Shown here: positions 14,871 to 29,133 of the stretch, in pieces
Layout: each line of letters opens with the position of its first letter
Position numbering within the stretch: position 1 is the first letter of the stretch
From: Psilocybe cubensis
Lineage: Eukaryota
DNA length: 64,000 nt
Direction: 5' to 3'
NCBI GenBank assembly: GCA_017499595.2
Contig: CM038998.1
Location: forward strand, 2,666,001 to 2,730,000
The notes under the pieces: model-generated
Database searches by the model: none
The model's input: the letters and a program-made list of their open reading frames with translations, nothing else
Told to the model about the DNA's origin: nothing
Translations under genes and position numbers: made by a program

Positions 14871-15916
14871 GTCCCAAACTGGTCCAATAGTTGTCTGCTC
14901 TTGAGCCTTTTGCCGACTGATCCCACGTGATCTCGGGCTATCGATCCCCGCCATCCGTCGGCTGGATCATTAGCCTACCTTGATTTGTGCAGTAATCTAC
15001 ACCAGGTTTTTGAAAAAAAAAAAAACATAATTAAATTGTGTGGACTAAATAACGTAGACTACGGGCAAGTGAAGTAGCGAAGACTACTGCAAGAGGTGAG
15101 AGGGCGGCTGCAGCGAACAAAGGAAAGAGCGCGGCGAGGAGCGGACGACAACAGAGAGCAGAGGCAGCGGCACGAGGGGTGGGTGGCGGTGTAGAGATGG
15201 GAGGGGCGGGTGGGGTGTCGAGACGAGAGGGGTGGCGGCGGCAGAGACGATACGATACGGGAGGGGCGGGTGGCGACGAGAGGTCGGTGGCGGCATCGCT
15301 GCTGGTCAACGAGAGGGCGGCGGCGGCGTCAAGACGATGAAGGTCGGTGGTGGTAAAGTCGAGACCAGCAGCTTTCTGGTCGTCAAGACGAGGGCGGAAC
15401 AGTAGCGGCGGGTGTCCTTGCGTGTGCGTGTGTCCGTGCGGATGCGAGTACGAGTGGTTAGCGCTTAGCTACAACGACTGTAGAGTCAGTAAACGAAGCC
15501 AAGAACAATATTGGATATGTGCACTCACCTTCCGGGTCCCCCACAACACGGGCCTCCCCTTGACTTCCCCACCTTCGCCAATGTAGTCCAAGGTAAGTTA
15601 GGTAGCTTAGGTTGGTCTAAGTGGTTGATCATGAAGAAGTCGAATTGGGTGGACGCGCGTCAGACCGGATTATCCAAACTTCCATTTGTGGTACTAGTAA
15701 TGACTCTGTTGGTCGCGTTCAGTCGCGCTGTTCTGTGTGGCTAAATTGGGCGTTCCATCAATAGTTAATCAGACATCTGCACGCGTCGAAGTAATAAAAG
15801 CAGAAAATGGGATCAAATTCGAAATAAACCTTTCTTTCTTCGCTTTTATCGCCTGCGTTTTGCTCCCTATCAATCGCTACCACTCAATTCGCATTCCGAG
15901 CCACGTATCAGGCAAA

Positions 15917-16527
15917 TGAGTTTTCCAACAAAGGACGCTGGTAAGTGTATTTTCGGATTGTATTTGGTCTACTACTTGCTGATGTTTGACTTGTAGAACA
16001 CAGGCCTGTTAGTGCCGTCGTCGTCGAGGAGGAGAGAGGGGATTTCAGTGAGTACAGTGATTTTCCTTGGATCAAATTGTGTCGAGCGCTTGCGGTTCGA
16101 TACATTTTAGGCTCTCTTGGATATGCTGGAGACCAGGGCGATGTCGGTAGGAAGGGTAGTTCGGATGATCCCACTTCAGGTGCGTATTGCTCTACTTTTT
16201 GGTATTGTGTGTTTATGGTCAAACTCCCGGTGTCCAGAACGTGGATATCTCGCACACCGCGAGTCGTATCTTCGCAACGTGGCCCTCTTAACCCTGGCCC
16301 AACGCCTCTATTTCGCAAACGACGCCGTTATCTACCCCACCGGTGCATCCTCGGGTGAAGACATTCAGCTTCGAATCGACGATGTCGAAGGCCGTCGTCG
16401 CGCCTTCCAGCGCGTTGCCACCGAGGCGGCTGCGCTCGCGAGGACCGGGGGGGTGAAAGGGGTTATGAAGTTGAACGATGAAATAGCCGTGAACGTCATT
16501 AGGGATCTCGAAATCGTGCTTGAGTAG
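15917..16527 (+). CDS. Small multi-exon hypothetical protein
   Basis: ATG AGT TTT..., introns starting gtaagt/gtgagt/gtgcgt, last exon ERGYLAHRESYLRNVALL...DLEIVLE*. Confidence 0.35.
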
Positions 16528-17044
16528 TTGTTTTCTGCGTTAGTTTAGACTTGTGGAACTTGGAGAATCAAACTGTTCATTACTTGACCAAATTGTGTGG
16601 GGTGAATTTTAGTGCATATCTAAATTCATGTTGTGCAAACTTAATACAATGTAGCCTATACTACTTGCTAAATATGATGCATTGTATGTTTTGTGAAGTT
16701 TTTATTTCCTAAGTTGATCATCAAAAAGGTGAGATTTTCAGAGTGATTGTGTTATCCTTAAACTGGCAAACAGGGAAAGCCGAGTGATTGCCTTGGACTA
16801 CTTGCCCAAAATGGTAACTCAAGAGTACGGTTTATGGAAAGCAAGAGCGTTACGCTCCCAAACAGTGGCCGGATCACGCGCGGATCACACGCGGCATGTT
16901 CAACCACATGGTATTGAACATCAAAAATACTTAGCAACATCAGGACCATACAACCCTGGTGTGAAGCTTGGTCGTATGTTTGAACACTAACCTCTACCAC
17001 GAACATTATATTTTTCAGTTCTTTTAAACTTTACGGTTACTTAA

Positions 17045-17313
17045 CGAGCCAGTTCTAATCTGGCATGCATTAGTCTAATACCTTGTACAGATCCAACAAA
17101 ACTTGCATTCTGCTGCTCGGAGCTCCAGGTTGTGTAGGAATATCTGTAGGTCAAATGTAGATATACAGTGGATCATGAATTTATCACCTTGAGAATACAC
17201 TGATTTCTGACGACAATCCAGTATGGGTAGGGTTGGGATGTTGAATGAGCAGTTGAATAGTTCGACGGCAGACGGGGGTGAATGGAGGTTGAAGGACATT
17301 GGGGCGAGGTAGA
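17045..17313 (+). repeat. Dispersed direct repeat A, copy 1 (copy 2 at ~37420-37787)
   Basis: Near-identical ~245-bp core (agtctaataccttgtacagatccaacaaa...cattggggcgaggtaga) at both sites. Confidence 0.9.
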
Positions 17314-17431
17314 TATACACAGGCTCATGGGTCGCTAGATCTATCTAATATATATTTACTGCTTTTATTTACTGCTTTGCTGTACATGAACGAAACTCCC
17401 TCGCTATTCCTTCCATAGAGCAAACGAGACG

Positions 17432-20400
17432 TCAATAATTCTGTGGCCAATGTAAGTTACAGAATTCTCGTATATAAAATATACACACCCTATCAACCGC
17501 CCTCATTGCTACAGACGAGGTGTCCCATGGACGACGGTTTGCGTGGCAATGTATCTGAGAGCTCTTGATTATATGGAAGGTTGGCGACGGTTCGGTCGCA
17601 AAAATTGCGGCTCTAAAGTCAACATAGGGGGCAAAAGGGTCCTTAGCAAGTTTGATAGGAATATAACAATGCACGACGGCAAAAACGCCAGTGATGCTTT
17701 TGGGCCCGTGAAGATGTGTATGCTGGAAGATTCGGCGGATCTGTGCAGGAGCCAGGTCTTGAGATTCCGAGTTTGGCTTAAAGTATATGACGCTGTGCTT
17801 TTCTGATCGTAGATAGTCGGAAAATTGTAGGCTTCCCCGATAAAACGAACTAAAGACCTCTATGGAATGCGGCGAAAAGTAAAGGTTGCTTCCAGGGATT
17901 CTAGAGGGAGTAAAGTTCGCGATGAACGAGTGTTCCATATCTGCCGTCAGAGTTTCTCGACTGCGAATACGACAGATGTCGGGGCATAGGTCATCCAGCG
18001 GGTCTATTTGGGGGTATGGCAGGTCTGTTTCATGTTCTGAAAGCTGATCGGCAAGCTCCCCAGACTCTAGATTCCTTCGTTTGGTATTAAATTCTTTCCA
18101 GGCTTCTTGGAGAGCCGGTGGACAACCATCTGTTCCAACCCAGCGTATTAGATTGGATCGTCTACAGAACATTCTCATGGCAGTTTCCTCCATTTCTCCT
18201 GTGGTGACGGGGTTCAATCCACAAAGATTCGATTCGTTGAATACAGAACAAAACTCACCCGGCTTAGAATTTGTTTTGAATTTTTGCAACACCCCTATCA
18301 GCCTTTCCAACGGAAATGCCCACGTACCATGCAAAGGTCCAAATAGGCGAAGGATATCCTGCATATGCAGGGCGTAATGGTGGACCGGCTTCAGTGAGTA
18401 ATCCGGAAATAGGTCTTGCACTCCAGAAAGATATCGGCTCATGTACATTGTGTATTTGTCTATGTGTTTGTTGGAGGTGCGTCTTGATAAGCCCCAGCTC
18501 AGGGCCATGGCGAGGTCAACGGTAAGAATGACGAGTTTATGAAGCTGGGAATCCCTTTGTAAAGAGCCAGAGGGCTTCTGGGTGGCCAAGATTTGAATGA
18601 GCGACACCGGTAAATCAAATTCAATCACCGTTCTCCACTGGTCGGCTTTTAATTTTCCATGGCTAGGAGATCCAAATTCTTTAGGGAGATTAGCTTGCCA
18701 GGATGGACGAAGGGTCAGTTCCGAGTCCTGACGAATGCGGGCCAGCATTTCTTTAGTTATGATGGGAACGGGCTTGTACTTCGTTTTCTTGATCGGTCGT
18801 TTGGCAGAATGGTTGTCTGCTTCGGTAGACATAGTACCCGGGCCAGCTTGAAAGGAAGGAGTGTTTCCTCCATCTAGTAGATTCGATAGTCCCATGCTTT
18901 CCGGTAAGTCAATCAAAGATAATCCTTTCGAAGAGATATCTTGGCCCTAAAAAGCGCGATGAGTGTGGTAAAAGGAAGAATATTGATTAAACGAACCAAT
19001 AATGCGCCAATATAATCTTTTTTCCGGCGACCATTCTTGTGCAAAGGCACAGTAACATCCTGTTCTTTACAAAGATGGCTTAAAGTCTTCATATCAAACT
19101 TATGCAACTGACTTGGTGATCCGGTTGAAAGGGCGGTTCGAGCTTTATCCATCAAGATGGGAGGAGGGGATGGCTCGTCGTTGTCGTCGTCTTGTTCTGA
19201 GGGAAGACCTTTCATGTTGAGACCAAGCAGGTCCCTGCAATGACGAGGAACAACGCCGAGAAGCAGAACATGAAGTCCGTCTGTTATTGCCCATCTGCTA
19301 GGTTGCCAGTACGGTAAGAGAAGCAATGCAGACCACCGAACGCCGTTTTTTCTGGCAAGAAGCTCTTGCTTCTTAAAAGATGGCGCTGCCTTCCATTCTT
19401 CGGCGTGTATAATATGTTCGGCACGACTTAATCCAGGGGGCCATTTAACACAGTTCAAATTGTGAATCTGGTTTCGAGGCAGTCGGCATCTAGAGCAGAA
19501 ATAATTGCTGCTGTGAGAGATGTGCCCAGTAACCTTTTTAGACGCCAATGTGTCGGCAATGAGCGGAATGACTGCCGAACGACATATACGTCCATTGGCA
19601 TATTTGAATGTACGGGAAAAGTAAGTGCCAGGATGATAGGATGTGTTTAAATCATGCATAAGGGGTGTGATAAAGGGGTTGATCGCGTCAAGGGCGGGTT
19701 CTTGAGGGCCAGGGATAATTCCGCATAGGTAGATATTTTCTTCTGAGTATCGGATGTCGGGGGGAAGACTCAGGCAAATCATTCCCACGACGCCAGTAGA
19801 CACTATCTTTCCCGACGCCTTGTTGGTGTGAGGATTGTACCAGTCTGTTGCAAGTGACCAAACAAGACGAAGTTCTGTGCCAGTGGCTCGAAGAAAAGGC
19901 TCGCCTGAACGATCAAGAAAATCTCGAAGCTCACTGGAACCCATAATGTCTGCAAGCTCTGTTTCGAGGGGACTGGATCCGGTTGCGCAGCTCTTTTTCA
20001 TGTAAGACTCAATGGCGTCCTCTATTCCTGGTCTAGAAAGCATGGCAGCTACGTGATCGTTGAAGTGATGATATGAATATGGTTTTATGGGGGCTGGAGT
20101 CGCTTTTCCACCTTTGGATGTAAAACCTTCTGCAAGGGATGCCCCGCATGGCTTACCGTATCTAACCTCGGTGCATTGTAAAGGATATTCCGGTATGTCT
20201 TCCCTGTGGAGAGTTGGGGGATACAGGGAACAACAGTTTAAATCAGGGCAAGTTGCATAAACAGTTACGTCAGGCTCCAAATTGTCGAAAATATTGTACA
20301 CGGTCCGTATATCCTTTGGGCTATGTTTTGTTGCGGCAGAATCTACCCTCGGCTGTTCCTTTGAGCCGTAGACTTCCTGCAGAATATGTTCCCGAACTTG

Positions 20401-21170
20401 CTTCGATCCAACCAGGGAAGAGCCGGATGCTGCCTGGGAGCTTCTGTGGAATAGGTTTTGTAAAAGCACATTGAAAGACGAAACCAATGACGATGAAAGA
20501 ATATTTTTAAATTTAGTCGCATTTCGAAAGTATCGACCTGCCATGGGGTCGACATTAGACAGGTTTAACGCAGCGTAAAAGAGGGAACTAACCCGTGTTA
20601 TAGAACTCTGGAGTATCGGACTGTTGCGTTCTCCGAGTGCCTTGAAGAGGCGAGAGAGAGAGTGCGTCTGAGAACTGGCTCTGAATTCGATCAACTATGT
20701 CGGTCTCTAATGTGTGGATAACACCTATAATTCAGCCTAAGAAACACACCGGGCATATGGATTGTGCAATTATTATGAGTACCTTGCGCGTTGATTTTAT
20801 CAACCTCAATATTAGACGTTGGGGGAGACACCTTCACGACGGCATCGGAAGATACAAGGATTGAATTCTGGCGGTGCCTTATTTCCGCAAGCGTGAGTTT
20901 GGATTTCTTGATGCTGGATGCCTCTGGCCGTTCTGCTGTCGAGGTTTGGACAATTTGGGGAACTGGCTCTTAATGCATCGCGTTAATATATAAGTATTTG
21001 GAAAGAATGTAAGGTGATCACTTCTCTGGAGCTCGGAATGTCCGTCATCGTCGTTTCTCAAGCTCTCTTGATACTCCGATATACGCCTCGCCCTCTCAGC
21101 AGCGCTCCTCCCTAGACGACGTGGTCAGCATATATGCAGATATTCGGAACGAGGGGCGACCTTTACGCAT
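17432..21170 (-). mobile_element. CACTA/En-Spm (CMC) Tnp2-family DDE transposase, spliced, apparently intact; 5' end uncertain
   Basis: SLATDWYNP, CLSLPPDIRY..ENIYLCGIIPGP, IADTLA..K..GH..FCSRC, GVRWSALLLLPYW..DGLHVLLLG, GKLKADQWR, KPVHHYALH..FGPLHGTWAFPLERLIG; the two long ORFs join through a GT-AG intron at ~18.95-19.0 kb. Confidence 0.9.
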
Positions 21171-21277
21171 GTCGCTATCGTGGCTAGGATCAAGATCTAC
21201 GTGAGAGGTTGCAACCGGCGGTGTTTGATTTGCTAGTGGTGATTAGTATATCATTATCCCTACAACATGCGTGATCC

Positions 21278-21350
21278 ATGAAGTTGTAAATAGTGATGAC
21301 GGAATCAGCGTACCTAATATGGAAACTGCATTGCGAAACAGTAATCCGGT
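21278..21350 (+). mobile_element. Tiny relic of a non-LTR retrotransposon ORF2 C-terminus
   Basis: *IVMTESAYLIWKLHCETVI resembles the ISESAxLIWKLRCERVI motif of fungal LINE C-termini. Confidence 0.5.
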
Positions 21351-21611
21351 CTCTCTACGGCGTGCTTGTGAACCTGGAACTACTTGAAAGTTACCTGTTT
21401 GACACCAATCGATTGCTGGAGGGGATCATATCACACATATTCTTGCCGGGAGTCATTTCACTGCCCACCCATGGTCTTAAACTATAGCGAATCAGCAATC
21501 GAACTTCCTCTGGAGATAATAGAGCTCATAATTGACGAACTCTTCGCCAGAAATGATAAAGCCACCCTGCACAACATCTCGCTTACATCGCGTCGTTTTG
21601 TCAATCGTTGA

Positions 21612-22863
<1,252 letters not shown>

Positions 22864-22906
22864 CTACCACAACAACAACCCCGCTTCGGTATTTCATCAA
22901 CGGTTC

Positions 22907-23153
22907 TGCCTTGCTCTCGATGTCGAAGCGCATCGCGGACCATAGCATATCTTTCGTGCTCATCGTTAGATGGACATGAATGAATCCCTGCTTACTCTGC
23001 TGCGTGTATTGTTTCATATTGCCTTGCTCTCGATGTTGAAGCGCATCGCGGATCAAAGCATATCTCTCATTCTCATCGTCAGGTGGGAATAGATGGATCC
23101 CTGCTTATTCTGCTGCTCGAAAAATGCTGTCGAAGCATATCTCTCATTCTCAT
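22907..23153 (+). repeat. Degenerate tandem repeat, ~113-bp unit, two copies plus a partial third
   Basis: tgccttgctctcgatgtYgaagcgcatcgcgga...atccctgcttaYtctgctgc at 22907 and 23020. Confidence 0.8.
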
Positions 23154-25588
23154 TATCCCTGCCTGTACTTTTGCTCTCAATTCTGCCTGGGACCTATGTC
23201 CCTTTTGACTTCTTGTCAGGCCTTGTGTCCCTCATAACTGTCCTCGGTCCTGGCAACCCTTATATTTTTTGCTTGTCCCGCGTCCCTCACAAAGTCAGAA
23301 TGGGCATGGTGTTCAAGGGTGTTCACTCCCAACAAACCCCCTCTGGACCCTGTAAACAATCATAATGAATTTGTCTTGATATGTAAGTCCTTGAGGCATT
23401 GTCCCGCCGAGGTCTGTTTCAAGTTAACAAAGAGGGTCTGTCTGATATTCATCAGCAATCTGAGAACAAAGACTTGTGAGAATCAAGCGGCTCCCATATA
23501 TATTGATGTATAGGCTTTAAATTTACTCAAATGGTCTGAATGATACGGAGATACTACTGCGTACCTAAGGTTCAGGCGTGAATGATGTGTGAGAAGCAGC
23601 AAATACATAGTTATACAGTGCTCCGGCTGGTTTGCGCCCGTAATTCTTAGTCGCATAGGTGCTAATCAGCGAGCCGGGTGCCTGAAAAACTGCAGGTCAC
23701 CCGTTGCACAACTGCGTGCCCTATGATGACTTGTGTAGGACAGGGTTGGGTCGGGTCCTTACCGCTGCTACACACCGGGCGGCTTTGTTGAGGGCTGTCT
23801 TGGTAATCTCGTAAACAAACAAACAAACAAACCCTTGCATCCGACCCTCTCTCATTCAACTTGCACAGCGACCATCCATCGTGTCATTCTCCCTCACTCA
23901 TATGCATGACTTTCCACCTACGCTATTCGTCACCTTGGCCACAATCAGGCGGCTCGAACTAAACGATCTCAAGGTGCACGATCTCTGCCTGACATCGTCA
24001 CTCGGTGTTGCTCTCTGCCTTGCCACGATACCTATTCCGAGGTTGTAATCGCTGGTAATCAAGTCTGTGTCTTCCGCTACTCTGTACGTTCTGCGTAATA
24101 TCCTGGATTTATACCCGCGACCCTCGCTCAGAACTTTGCGCGTAGCCCAGATGGACGATAAAGATGAAGAGATTAATGATCTTTGGAGTATAATGCAATG
24201 GGCTGCCGACACCATCACCGAATTAGAATGGCGACCTGCCACGCGCCCGCGCACACCTCGACTTGTCCCTCAATATCACTTGGGGTCTTGGTGTCGCACT
24301 TCCTTCCCTTGTCGTGGTGTAGCGTGATACTTTGCGTCCCTCCTGGTGGTGGGGTGTTTTGGGGGGCTAAGGTGACCAAAGCTTGTTGTTTGTATTGTGG
24401 AGAAACTCAACGTCTCGTCTCGCCTCGCGTCGTACGCGTCGCACGTTGTGTGGCAGATAAATATGACGAGAAAGCACCCGGTTGCTCTCTGACGCTGTCC
24501 ATTGCCTCAATAGGTATCTCGGACGTCGGCCTTTGACCAAATTCGATCGGCTGGAGTTGGAAACCGATTGCGCATCGCGTCCTCGTATGCGTCGCACCAT
24601 GTATGATAGATAATATGGCCAGAACCGCTCTTCGACCATATTTGATCCGTTGGAGTTCGCCATCGCGCGTCGCGTCCGCCACATTTGCAGCGGAGGGGGA
24701 AACCGTGACTGTGGGCAGTAACAAAAGGCGACTTCATGGTGATAACAACCGATGTGCACCACATTAATTCTCCTTGGGGGTGTGAGCCTCCTCACACAAC
24801 TCACAGCGGAGGTTCTGTGTACAGATTCTCGCCAGGCTCTCATGTGTTGCTGTGCTGTGCCCGTGTTGGGTGTAATTATAAGTGGGGCGGGTAAGTAGGC
24901 TCATGTCGTTATCATTAAGACATCCAAACTATTCCGCGGTAATTATGTCTGTCTCTTTCACGTTGGATTCGATTCACCCAGTGTGGGTGGGCGTGTATTG
25001 TGGCGGTGGTTGTTGGTAGTGCAGTCAAAATAGCTGAGTACTGTTCGCTCTCTAGCATCCACACCATGCCAGCCCAGAAATACTCAGGCATGGGAATACG
25101 CTGTGGCTGGCGGTGAGGGTGACTATCTCTCTACTGTGACTCATGCCCTGTTTTTGTACATTGCACATCTACTGGCGCATTGTGCACTGGCCTGGATGCC
25201 CTTTGGGTTAATGGTGGTGATTTAGACCATGCAGTGCTGGGAGCACACGGCCGTTTGTGAGTATTATTTTCTCTTTTCCTATTTCTGCTATTCTACCTGC
25301 CGGTGGCCTAGGAATCCCCAGGCATGGGCATATACTGGTGCCGGCAGATAGAATAGACAGTAAAGATGTGTATTCTTATTTCTATACCTCCTGTTTCCTC
25401 GATTTGCGACTTGCATGCCTTCAATTCAACTCGCATGTCTTTGTTTCAACTTGTGTGTACCTTTGATTTGACTCGCTGCCTTCGATTTGCACGCCTTTGA
25501 TTCGACTCGCATGCATTTGACCTACGTATGTTCCAGTTACGTGCACACATGAGCTACCCCAGGAATTTTCAGGCATGGAAATACACTG

Positions 25589-26074
25589 GTGCTGCAAATT
25601 GATGTTGCTCATACCCGACCTCCGGGATCTTTACGGGGCCAGTATCATGACAGTAGGCCCTTCTTTCTTTGGGCTTCTTCGTCCTGTCCACACAAACATC
25701 CCACGAGATATGTACGTGTGCTCGTGAGATGGGTTTTTCCAACATCATGTAATGTAGATTGGGTATACAGAGAAGTACAATTTCTCCGAATTTATGCTGA
25801 TGTTTTCCGGAACCCAAATAACAACACCATGTGCAACCTGTCAACTCCAGAGGGTTTCTTGTTCGGCAAGTCTTTGTTACGACTTTGGCTCAGAGCCGTT
25901 GACGAAATGGAATGGCCCATAGTTGATTTATTCAACACCTGGTCGCGTCTTATATTGGACTCGTCACTGGCAGTAAACTCAGGAATGGTTATGACCCGTA
26001 ACGTAGTTGGAGGAGGTAGATCACGCCTGCTCAATGAGCAACACAATCAAAGGGTCTCTGTCAGTTGGCCATGA
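25589..26074 (+). CDS. Hypothetical protein
   Basis: 161-aa ORF with protein-like composition; no motif recognised. Confidence 0.25.
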   Translation: MLQIDVAHTRPPGSLRGQYHDSRPFFLWASSSCPHKHPTRYVRVLVRWVFPTSCNVDWVYREVQFLRIYADVFRNPNNNTMCNLSTPEGFLFGKSLLRLWLRAVDEMEWPIVDLFNTWSRLILDSSLAVNSGMVMTRNVVGGGRSRLLNEQHNQRVSVSWP

Positions 26075-26171
26075 GCAAATTTTTTGACAATCAAGTGTAA
26101 AGAAAATTGTAAATTGTTCCAAGCTAATACATTGCCTAACCTCTATATTTCGGTGAGCTAAGTGCGATGTT

Positions 26172-27945
26172 TCAGAGGTCGGTTGAAGAACGAATGCGAT
26201 CCAGCCAAGTCAACAGCATAGGGAAATAAAAGTATGCGACGGCACCCCCAATGATGGCGAAAATGCATACAACAGAAAAAATTGTGATGCTTATCATTTT
26301 TAGAGGCGTCATAGTGGAAGTTTCTCCTGTCGCTTTGACAACATTGCGAGATTTTTTGTCCTTTATCTTCTTGTTCTACTCTATTGATTTAGCAGCGCTT
26401 CAATACTATGTAGAATTTGACGAACTTACAGTCCAAACATGAATTTTAGAAGGCCGGTTGTTGATAAAAGAAGTTGAAATGACCACGTCCCCTCGGGATG
26501 CATGAGATTTGGACTGAAAAACTGTTAGGAGGGCATTATTGGTATAATGAGCGCTTACATGGACGGCGATAACACGCTGTCTACCTTTAACAAGAGGAAT
26601 TGAGGCGATTTCAAGAGGTTAAACTGGAGACATACCCAAATTTAATCTTCCTACAGAAAAAGTCCCTTGCGTTCTATACAGGTTAATGCATCCTTTTGCT
26701 GATGGAACAGCGAGAATTTTTCCATCTTGGAAGGAAGAGATTGCCTGAGAACAACAAGCCTCTATCTCAAATCTGATGATGTCGGTCTTGTTGAACTGTG
26801 TGTCATAGAGGTCAACTCCATCAAGTAAATTGAAGATTGCCAAACGATTCAAATTCTTTATGAAAATGGCGTATCCCCTACCAATGTGATGACAGCCCCA
26901 GGTGTTAGCACGAAATGGATCAACAAACCAACAAAGACTCACATATGGCGGTTGTCAGGGGCGCCGTCTTCGTGGCCGAGAACAATCTCCTCCGTTTTTG
27001 ACAAAGAGAGTGTATTTGTAGGCGCATTGTCGTCGCCAATGTTGTTAATGGCATAACATTGTCTGCCATATCATAACATGCCTTAAACATCAGCAGAATA
27101 AAAGACACATAGCGGAGCTGGGACGTACACGCATGAATTTTCAAACACCCCAACTAACAAGTGAGAACCCGACGCTAAGAACGAGACAAACCTGGGCTCA
27201 GAGTAGCTGTTTGGGCTATCTAATAAATTAATTGAGGTTAAATTTCCTATATCAACGATGTCATTTTGACGAGCCAAATATCTGAAACGGAAGTTGAATG
27301 CACCATTGTTAGAAACACTCCACAGGGAAATACACTTCAATCCCTGTCCGAGTGACACAAGTCGCTTGGTTTCGGAACAATAATCCATAGATTGCACAGG
27401 AACCCGTGCCGCTCCATCTCCGTGAGCTGTTTTCTTACACCGTTCCACAAGCTAAGCTTAAGTAAATATAACGAGTTATAATTGGCATAAAACAAAACAC
27501 GAGACCTTGTTGCCCTGAAGCGCAAGTATAGCGATCCTCCCTCTTGTTGATCCAACCGCCAATAATTCCGAAGTAAGCCAGAGTAGCTCGGAAACCCCAC
27601 CAAACTCCATGTCGAAGACCAGATAGTGTTGGAACTTGGTAGCCTCTGAGCAATAATCATACAAAATAAGAGTACCGGATTCGGCTATGAATAGGGAGAG
27701 GTTAAAGCTTTGACTGGCCCCGTAAAAGATTATTGAAGCATACTTGCGGTGACAAAAAAACTACCGCTTCCAGGTTGTATTTTTAATGTGGTCAGTCCTT
27801 GATATCGGGTGTCATACACTCTCGAGAGTGTCAGATTAAGGTCCTACAGAACACGCCCCAGATGTTAGGACAGGCTATGGTATGTGGTGCTGCCCGTACT
27901 TACATTCCTCGAAAACAAGTTAATCGCCGATAAATATTGACCCAT
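26172..27945 (-). CDS. Divergent WD40 propeller protein with C-terminal TM anchor (copy 1), N-terminal MGQYLS
   Basis: Spliced exons MGQYLSAINLFSRN|DLNL..FFVTA|TESGTLILYD..VSELLWLTSELLAVGS..|..PVQSMDYC..; AIFNLLDGVDLY; VWT|..MISITIFSVVCIFAIIGGAVAYFYFPMLLTWL..*. Confidence 0.65.
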
Positions 27946-29133
27946 GTCGAGCTCGGATACGCAATAGCAAGATACAAAATTGTTTGGGAAATTTGATGCA
28001 GGAGGACATTAAGACGGGCGAGGTTCAAAAGTATAAGTATCGATCCACTCGGAAGTTATTTGGGAAGTTCCACCCTTATCCGGCACAGGGATGCGACACT
28101 TAGTAACCTCCTGGCACCAAAGCTACAAAGGGTCAGAGAACAAGCTCACAAGAACAGATCGTCTCACGCCGCAGTGCCAAGCGGGCGCCTTAAATTTTCC
28201 CCACAGGTGTAGGTGCGGTGATCGGACTTGTGTCCGAAAAGAAAATTATGTAACCTGAGACTTCAGGTTGTGCGCGACTTACAGGCCTCACAACGTCAAG
28301 TGGATGTGTTTTCAGACCAAAATTTCTCTTAGGACATCAGTATTTCTTTGTAGAAAATTCTTAAAGGTATGATACGGGGAGTTTTATTTCATAGGGTCAT
28401 TCAATTTTTATTAATCGCTATACAGGTTATGAAGCGAGCAATCATAGTGGCAAGGTCCTGTGACCTCGCCCCAATTTCGCTCCACCTCCACCTGTGTCTT
28501 TTTGCTGACAATCCCATTCAATTGGAGCGCAATGCTATCGGTGTTCTATCTTGCGGTGCTTGCTGAAACTAGACTTCTTGCTTCTGAGACTAACCGTCTT
28601 CACATTGCAGATTGCGCCATGGATCTAGAAGCTGACACGATCCTGATCCAATTCGCCGTGACAAATGCGGCCGCCTATGAAAAAGATCAAACCATTAGAT
28701 TGCACCTAATATCGGATCCCAAACAATCCGTGAATGCAGACAATTGACTTGTATGATCAATTTTGTCCATGTTCATTTGTTTAATTACTTTGATTGAAGT
28801 TACAGCAATAGCTCGACCCCGCAAAGTCAATGTTCTGAAAGCAGATATAAACAACGAAAGCTGAAAGTATTCGACTTGGTTCTTTATTAAGCCTCTCTGT
28901 CCTACTCGTCCCAAATTTACCAACTCGTCCACCTCCTAGAATGACATCATTTTTAAATCACCTTGTAAAGATGACCAACACCTGCATCGCACTGCTAGCG
29001 GTAAGCTGAGCGGTAGGCTGACAAAATCCGGGGCTCATTGATGTTCTGGCAGGAAAATTCAGTACCGGATCAAAGCCCCTTAAAAGACCAGGTCTTAAGA
29101 GAACTGCCATCCGTTTCTCAGAAACGAAAGAGG

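Noticed and set aside
14518-18994. 17-bp match gaatattgattaaacga at 14518 and 18978
   Set aside because: AT-rich and short enough to arise by chance in 64 kb; no extended similarity.
24132-24147. ttgcgcgtag as the right-hand inverted end of the CACTA candidate
   Set aside because: It continues ..TAGCC rather than ..TAGTG and lies within F-box coding remnant.
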